Assembly (NCBI GenBank): GCA_964533935.1
Contig: CAZHOG010000005.1
Span: forward strand, 6,402 to 70,401
Origin: an uncultured Muribaculaceae bacterium
GTDB taxonomy: Bacteria; Bacillota_I; Bacilli_A; RF39; UBA660
Direction: 5' to 3'
DNA: 64,000 bases
In this document: positions 58,631-64,000 of the stretch, piece after piece
Layout: each line of letters opens with the position of its first letter
How positions within the stretch are numbered: position 1 is the stretch's first letter
Position numbers and translations under genes: made by a program
The notes under the pieces: generated by a model
Databases searched by the model: none
What the model saw: only the letters and a program-made list of their open reading frames with translations
Told to the model about the DNA's origin: nothing

Positions 58631-59671
58631 TTGAATTATGAAGTAAATGGATATAATATATTTCTAATAGTATTAGTAACATTTGTTACTAGTGTAATAT
58701 TAGTTCCAATAATAAAAAAAGTTGCTATTCACGTTGGGGCTTTAGATAGACCTAATGCTAGAAGAGTAAATAAAATAGCTATGCCTACATTGGGTGGCCT
58801 TGCAATATTCTTTGCCTTTATGCTTGGATACATGCTTTATGCTAGTAGGTCAATTCAAATGTTATCCATATTAATGGGGAGTTTTATTTTAATTATATTT
58901 GGTATGGTAGATTGCATTAACCCAGTTAAAGCAAGATACAGACTGATAGTTCAATTTGTTGCAGCTGCAATAATAGTTTTTTATGGAAATATCGTATTAA
59001 ATGATGTTTCAATCTTTGGACATTATTTTGAATTTGCCCAACCATTAAATTATATAATAACAATATTATTTATTATGACAATTACGAATGCAATTAATTT
59101 TATTGATGGATTAGATGGATTGGCATCAGGAATTAGTTCCATATATTTTTTAACAATAGCAATAATTGGGTTTATATTAAAAAGATCAGATGGTTTAGAT
59201 GTTATCTTAGCATTAATAATGCTAGGTTCTACATTAGGATTCCTAGTGTATAATTTTCCACCTGCAATTATTTATTTAGGTGATACAGGAAGCCAATTCT
59301 TAGGATTTATCATTGCTGTAATTGCATTACTTGGATATAAAACTGCGACATTTACTTCTTTAATTATTCCAGTATTAATCTTGGCATTACCATTATTTGA
59401 TATAGTACTTGCCATATTAAGGCGTTTGATAAAAAAAGAAAGTATTGGTCAAGCTGATAAGAGTCATTTTCATCATCAATTATTAAAAATGAATTTTTCA
59501 GCAAAAACATCTTTATTAATAATTTATTTTATTGAAATTTTATTTGCAGCCGTATCAATACTTTATACTCTAGGAGATATTAAATATGCAATTATATTAT
59601 ATATTGCATTAATGGTAGTTTTTGTATTTATTGTAATGACAACAGATATATTATTTCCTAAAAATAAGTAG
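58631..59671 (+). CDS. UDP-GlcNAc:undecaprenyl-phosphate GlcNAc-1-phosphate transferase (WecA/TagO, GT4 MraY-like)
   Basis: DRPNARRVNKIAMPTLGGLAIF and NAINFIDGLDGLASG are the MraY/WecA signature. The start is probably TTG at 58631 after GGTGA. The ORF-track start is 58619. Confidence 0.75.
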   Translation: MNYEVNGYNIFLIVLVTFVTSVILVPIIKKVAIHVGALDRPNARRVNKIAMPTLGGLAIFFAFMLGYMLYASRSIQMLSILMGSFILIIFGMVDCINPVKARYRLIVQFVAAAIIVFYGNIVLNDVSIFGHYFEFAQPLNYIITILFIMTITNAINFIDGLDGLASGISSIYFLTIAIIGFILKRSDGLDVILALIMLGSTLGFLVYNFPPAIIYLGDTGSQFLGFIIAVIALLGYKTATFTSLIIPVLILALPLFDIVLAILRRLIKKESIGQADKSHFHHQLLKMNFSAKTSLLIIYFIEILFAAVSILYTLGDIKYAIILYIALMVVFVFIVMTTDILFPKNK

Positions 59672-59678
59672 GTGAACA

Positions 59679-60728
59679 ATGAAAAAAATAGCGATATTTC
59701 AAACTGATTTAAATATTGGTGGAATACAAAAATCTTTAATAAACCTGCTTGATAATATTGATTATCAACAGTTTGACATTGATTTATATCTAACAACTGT
59801 TGATAACTTGTTAATAAATGACATAAATAAAAATGTAAATGTGCATAACTTGAAAAATTTACCATTTTTTACTAAACTTATTCCTTTTAAAATATTAAAA
59901 TATTTCTATAAGAATAAGATTAAACAAGAATATGATGTTTCTATAGACTTTAACTCTTATAGTATGGATACTTCACTTGCTGCACTAAATGTTGAAGCAA
60001 ACAAAAGAGTTATCTGGGTTCATAATGATATTGATATAAAATTAAAAGAAGAATTTAAATATAGAATATTATACTTTTTCTTCAAAAGTAAATATAAATA
60101 TTTTGATGAATTTGTTGTTGTATCAACAGGAGCTTTAGAATCATTTAAAAAGCATCAACAGTTTAATTCTAAAAAATATAACGTAATTCCTAATTTTATT
60201 GACACTAATGCCATAGTAAAAAAATGTCAAGAAAGCACTGAATTTGTCGTAAATAGACAAAAATATAACATGTGTACAATAGGAAGATTAGTTCACCAAA
60301 AGGGATTTGATATTTTATTAAAAAATATTAAAGAATTAATTGAACATCGTAAAGATTTTCATTTATATATAATAGGTGATGGTAAAGAAAAAGAAAACTT
60401 ACTTAAATATGTTAATGATAATGATATGAATGAATATGTTACATTTACTGGTTATAAAAAAAATCCATACTCAATAATGAATATGATGGATGGATTTGTT
60501 TTAACCAGTCGTTATGAAGGACAGGGAATGGTTTTTCTAGAAGCAAAATGTTTGGGACTAGATATAGTAATGCCAAAACATTTAGAAAAATATGTTGATG
60601 GAATCAAAGGAACAAATAACATATTAAGTGATTTAATATCCTTAAAAAAACATGATAAAAAAATAGATTATTTAAAAGAATATAATGAAGAAATAATTAA
60701 CAAGATAAATAAATTATTTAATGAATAG
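59679..60728 (+). CDS. Glycosyltransferase family 1 (GT4-type)
   Basis: The C-terminal EGQGMVFLEAKCLGLDIVMP is the E-x7-E region. RBS AGGTGA. Confidence 0.7.
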   Translation: MKKIAIFQTDLNIGGIQKSLINLLDNIDYQQFDIDLYLTTVDNLLINDINKNVNVHNLKNLPFFTKLIPFKILKYFYKNKIKQEYDVSIDFNSYSMDTSLAALNVEANKRVIWVHNDIDIKLKEEFKYRILYFFFKSKYKYFDEFVVVSTGALESFKKHQQFNSKKYNVIPNFIDTNAIVKKCQESTEFVVNRQKYNMCTIGRLVHQKGFDILLKNIKELIEHRKDFHLYIIGDGKEKENLLKYVNDNDMNEYVTFTGYKKNPYSIMNMMDGFVLTSRYEGQGMVFLEAKCLGLDIVMPKHLEKYVDGIKGTNNILSDLISLKKHDKKIDYLKEYNEEIINKINKLFNE

Positions 60729-60736
60729 GTGATAAA

Positions 60737-61207
60737 ATGAAAAAAGTTCTATTTATTTCTAGTACTGGTGGACATTTTAATGAATTAATGAAATTAGAAC
60801 CTTTAATGAAGAAATATGATAGCTATATTGCAACTGAGAAAACTAAAGCCACTTTATATGTTAAAGATAAATATAAAAATAAAATGTTTTATTTAATATA
60901 TGGGACTAAAGATCATATGTTAACATATCCATTTAAATTATTAGCAAACTGTTTTATTTCATTATTCTATTTTATTAAAATAAGACCTGATGTTATTATA
61001 ACAACAGGAGCTCATACTGCTGGACCAATTTGTTGCATTGGTAAATTATTTAGAAAAAAAATTATTTATATAGAAACAATGGCAAATATAAATACTAAGA
61101 CAATAACGGGTAGATTAATTTATAAGTTTGCCGATTTGTTTATAGTTCAATGGGAAAGTATGTTAAAATTATATCCTAAGGCAGTTTATAAGGGGTTGAT
61201 ATATTAA
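60737..61207 (+). CDS. Alg14-like glycosyltransferase membrane subunit (PssD/Cps14F-type)
   Basis: MKKVLFISSTGGHFNELMKL...GAHTAGPICCIGKLF is the Alg14 pattern. RBS AGGTGA. Confidence 0.65.
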   Translation: MKKVLFISSTGGHFNELMKLEPLMKKYDSYIATEKTKATLYVKDKYKNKMFYLIYGTKDHMLTYPFKLLANCFISLFYFIKIRPDVIITTGAHTAGPICCIGKLFRKKIIYIETMANINTKTITGRLIYKFADLFIVQWESMLKLYPKAVYKGLIY

Positions 61208-61683
61208 TGATTTTAGTTACATTAGGAACCCAAGATAAGAGTTTTGAAAGATTACTTAAACAAGTTGATTCTGAAATTAAAAACAAGAATATTAATGAAA
61301 AAGTTATAGTACAAGCTGGTTATACAAAATATAAATCAAAAAATATGACTATTTTTGATTATGTAGAACCAGCAGAATTATTAGAATATATAAAAAAAGC
61401 TAGAGTAATTATTTCTCATGCGGGAGTAGGAACTATTTTGAATTGCCTTGAAAATAATAAAAAAGTTATTGTGGTTCCAAGATTATCAAAATATAGGGAA
61501 CATAATAATGATCATCAGGTTCAAATTGCAAATGAATTTGCAAAAGAAGGCTATATAATTAATTTGGAAAATATAAAAAAATTAGGAGAAGAAATTAAAA
61601 ATATTGATAATTTAAAACCTAAAAAATTAAAACATAATAATATGATTATAGAAACAATAGAAGATTTTATAGATAATATATAG
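61207..61683 (+). CDS. Alg13-like glycosyltransferase catalytic subunit (PssE/Cps14G-type, Glyco_tran_28_C)
   Basis: MILVTLGTQDKSFERLL...ISHAGVGTILNCLENNKKVIVVPR. Overlapping ATG/stop with the Alg14-like gene, which is the typical split-GT pair. Confidence 0.65.
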   Translation: MILVTLGTQDKSFERLLKQVDSEIKNKNINEKVIVQAGYTKYKSKNMTIFDYVEPAELLEYIKKARVIISHAGVGTILNCLENNKKVIVVPRLSKYREHNNDHQVQIANEFAKEGYIINLENIKKLGEEIKNIDNLKPKKLKHNNMIIETIEDFIDNI

Positions 61684-61695
61684 ATGGAGAAGTAT

Positions 61696-62121
61696 ATGGA
61701 AAAGATTAAAGAATTATATAAAAAATATGAAGAAATTGTAAACTATTTAATAGTAGGAGTATTAACAACAGTTGTAAGTCTTGGAACATACTATTTATGT
61801 GTATTTACTTTTTTAAATCCAGACAATGCGGTACAACTTCAAATAGCTAATATTATTTCTTGGATTTGTGCTGTTATTTTTGCTTATATTACAAATAGAA
61901 AATTTGTGTTTAAAAGTAAAAATGAAAATATATTCAAAGAAGTTGTATCTTTTACTTCTTCAAGATTAGTAACATTATTTTTAGATATGTTAACAATGTT
62001 TGTAATGGTTACATTATTAAAAATTAATGATAAAATTGCTAAACTAGTAGTTCAAGTTATAGTTACTGTTGGCAATTATATTTTAAGTAAGATTTTTGTT
62101 TTTAAAAAGAAGAAAAATTAG
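61696..62121 (+). CDS. GtrA family protein
   Basis: IVNYLIVGVLTTVVSLGTYYL...WICAVIFAYITNRKFVFKSK and four TM helices. ATG at 61696 follows GGAGA. Confidence 0.65.
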   Translation: MEKIKELYKKYEEIVNYLIVGVLTTVVSLGTYYLCVFTFLNPDNAVQLQIANIISWICAVIFAYITNRKFVFKSKNENIFKEVVSFTSSRLVTLFLDMLTMFVMVTLLKINDKIAKLVVQVIVTVGNYILSKIFVFKKKKN

Positions 62122-62199
62122 TAAAAAGACTATAAACAATATATACTTGCAATTTATTTGAAATTTTGTTATTCTATTATTGTTCTTAGTTTTATATAT

Positions 62200-62276
62200 G
62201 GCGGATTTGGTGAAGTGGTTAACACACTAGATTGTGGCTCTAGCACGCATGGGTTCGATTCCCATAGTCCGCCCCA
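62200..62276 (+). tRNA. tRNA-His (anticodon GTG) with genome-encoded G-1 and CCA
   Basis: Manual fold: G-1 pairs with discriminator C73. Acceptor GCGGATT/AGTCCGC. D arm GTG-AAGTGGTTAA-CAC. Anticodon stem CTAGA/TCTAG with loop TTGTGGC. T arm ATGGG-TTCGATT-CCCAT. Confidence 0.8.
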
Positions 62277-62331
62277 TTTAAGAATACAAACGAACCACCT
62301 GATAATTTCGTGGCACGTTTAATTATAGAAA

Positions 62332-62367
62332 AGTCTAGCAGACATTGTGTTTGCTAGACTTTTTTTA
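62332..62367 (+). terminator. Rho-independent terminator downstream of tRNA-His
   Basis: AGTCTAGCA-gacattgtgtt-TGCTAGACT followed by TTTTTTT. Confidence 0.6.
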
Positions 62368-62454
62368 GTCGATGATAATTATATACAAATAACTAAATTT
62401 ATTTTTATATAATTATGAATTAGTATATAAATATGTATGTTTGATAGACAATGT

Positions 62455-62987
62455 TTAATTATTAATTATTTCTAATAATATTTTGTTATCTTTTAATTTT
62501 TTATTTATAATTTTTCTTTTAATAAGATTATTTATTATATAAGAATAAACACAAGAAGAAAATTCTAAATGGTTAATTATTTGATTTGCCATTAAATCAG
62601 CAATTAATTCTGTCATATATATTAATCTTTTTTTCTTTAGTACATTTAATATTTCATTATCAAAATAATCAATATCGACAGATTTTACTATCCCATTAAT
62701 CATAAATCTTAATTCTTTATTATCTCTAATAAGCTGCTCCCAATTACTTCCGTATTCTTTTATTTCATATTCTTTTAAAATATGTTTTCTTTTTAATAAT
62801 TCAGGGATTTCTTTACAAGTTAGTGCGCTTATATTAGGTATATTCCAATTAATTTCTTCTGAATATACAACACTAATATTAGCATTTTTAAAACAGTAAC
62901 ACCTGTTACTAATTCTTCAAAACTGAATTTAGAAAAATCAATACCTAAATATTTTGCACAGTCATATATTTCATCATTTGTAAACAT
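62455..62987 (-). pseudogene. Frameshifted hypothetical gene (N-terminal 52-codon frame plus -1-shifted C-terminal frame of about 150 codons)
   Basis: GGAGG RBS (reverse complement of 62995-62999) and ATG at 62987 open a frame that stops after about 52 codons. The -1 frame is open across the same region and continues to 62455 with no start codon for about 60 codons. The two frames overlap at a T4A5 homopolymer (reverse complement of about 62883-62895). Confidence 0.45.
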
Positions 62988-63060
62988 ACATAAACCTCCA
63001 TTACAACTTTATTATAAAAAATAATTTATATGCTATAATAATTAGTATATGGAGGATTAC

Positions 63061-64000
63061 ATGAATAAAGATAATCTATTTCGTTATTATAATGAACTTA
63101 ATAATATTCAAAAAGAAAAATTAAAATCAGATATTGATACAATTGATTTCGAAAAAATGAAAAATATTTATGAAAAATCTATGCAAAATGATGAAATTGA
63201 CATTACTAAAATTTCACCACTTCAATATTATGATAAAAAAGTTATTAATAAGGAATATTATAAAAATTTAGGAATTAAATATTTAAGTAAATATGCATTA
63301 ATTACAATGGCTGGTGGAAATGGTACAAGATTGGAATGGGACGGTCCTAAAGGAACATACCCCTTATTAATTAATAACAAGAAAATATCGATTTTTGAAA
63401 TATTTATAAATGATTTAAAAGATATTCAAAGAAATAGCGGAGTGTTTATTCATTGGTATATTATGACTGGTGAAAGCAATGATAAAGATACAAGAAAATT
63501 TTTTGAAGAAAATAATTTCTTTGGTTATCCACAAGAAAAAATATCTTTTTTTAAACAATCAACATTACCAATTTTAGATGTATCTGGTAATTGCGTTTTA
63601 AAAGATAAGTATTCTGTTTTAAAAGAATCTGATGGCAATGGTACAATCTTTTCATGCTTGAAAGAAAATAATATTTTAAACGATTTAAAAAATAATAGTA
63701 TTGAATATATAGGGGTTATGAATATAGACAATATATTATCTAAAGTATTCGATCCTATATTTATTGGACTTATGGTATCTAAAAATTATCAGGTTGGTGC
63801 AAAAACTAGTTTTAAAAAAGAACCATTATCTAAAGATTATATATATTGTAAATATGAAAAAAAGCCAATTATGTTGGACTACAATTTTATTTCTCTTGAT
63901 TTATCTATGCAACAAATAAACAATAAATATTTATATCGAGATATTAATTTAGGAATGTATGTTTTTACTTTAGATGCATTAAATAAACTCGAAAGCATTA
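63061..64000 (+). CDS. UDPGP-family UTP--sugar-1-phosphate uridylyltransferase (eukaryotic-type UDP-GlcNAc/UDP-sugar pyrophosphorylase-like), 3' end lies beyond the window
   Basis: GGAGG RBS and ATG at 63061. LITMAGGNGTRLEWDGPKGTYPL matches the UDPGP signature GGxGTRLGxxxPKG. The frame is open to the window end. It is absent from the ORF track because no stop lies within the window. Confidence 0.65.
   Translation, partial: MNKDNLFRYYNELNNIQKEKLKSDIDTIDFEKMKNIYEKSMQNDEIDITKISPLQYYDKKVINKEYYKNLGIKYLSKYALITMAGGNGTRLEWDGPKGTYPLLINNKKISIFEIFINDLKDIQRNSGVFIHWYIMTGESNDKDTRKFFEENNFFGYPQEKISFFKQSTLPILDVSGNCVLKDKYSVLKESDGNGTIFSCLKENNILNDLKNNSIEYIGVMNIDNILSKVFDPIFIGLMVSKNYQVGAKTSFKKEPLSKDYIYCKYEKKPIMLDYNFISLDLSMQQINNKYLYRDINLGMYVFTLDALNKLESI

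Noticed and set aside
55952-59865. Minus-strand ORFs 55952-56176, 57320-57541 and 59563-59865
   Set aside because: Antisense to the cohesin, Wzy-like and GT4 genes respectively.
62277-62331. Possible second tRNA or sRNA between tRNA-His and its terminator (CGAACCACCTGATAATTTCGTGGCACG)
   Set aside because: It has only a short imperfect stem (CCAC/GTGG). There is no cloverleaf and there are no T-loop or D-loop signatures.

Overview
AT-rich chromosomal window (roughly 27-30% GC by eye) from a Gram-positive, low-GC Firmicutes-type bacterium that is probably an endospore former: whiA, gerQ-like, cse60-like and spoVB-like genes are present. It is mostly housekeeping core genome. Long ORFs interrupted by TGA exclude genetic code 4, so code 11 was assumed. 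The left end carries a partial mgtA-type P-type ATPase on the minus strand, followed by an SDR oxidoreductase, a YnbB-like PLP enzyme and a putative metal-exporter permease/Fur-family regulator operon with an operator-like palindrome. Then come typA, lysS, a YfcC-type transporter, a two-component system, a PadR-DUF1700 pair and the ribosomal cluster rplK-rplA-(L10 leader)-rplJ-rplL with tRNA-Asn, rplI and dnaB. This cluster is detached from secE-nusG, which lies about 23 kb downstream. Downstream are yycJ-rlmH-ung, lemA, a gerQ-like gene, two tandem membrane-anchored phage-tail-collar (MdpB-like) paralogues, a YitT-family gene, ftsE, ftsX and an M23 peptidase. Next is an 812-aa type IV (pseudo)pilin-like protein with three thrombospondin type-1-like Cys repeats, then whiA, clpP (minus strand), a cse60-like gene, a spoVB-like flippase, trmB and secE-nusG. 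After these come a stand-alone Clp-D1-like AAA ATPase, an LCP protein, a non-cellulosomal dockerin/cohesin gene pair (SH3b-glucosaminidase-dockerin plus a membrane-anchored cohesin), and a cell-wall glycopolymer locus (acetyltransferase, Wzy/ligase-like, WecA/TagO, GT4, Alg14/Alg13-like pair, GtrA). The right end has tRNA-His, a frameshifted gene and a partial UDPGP-family pyrophosphorylase. No CRISPR array, rRNA, transposase or integrase was seen. All calls are by eye from the sequence and the ORF track; no database search was run.
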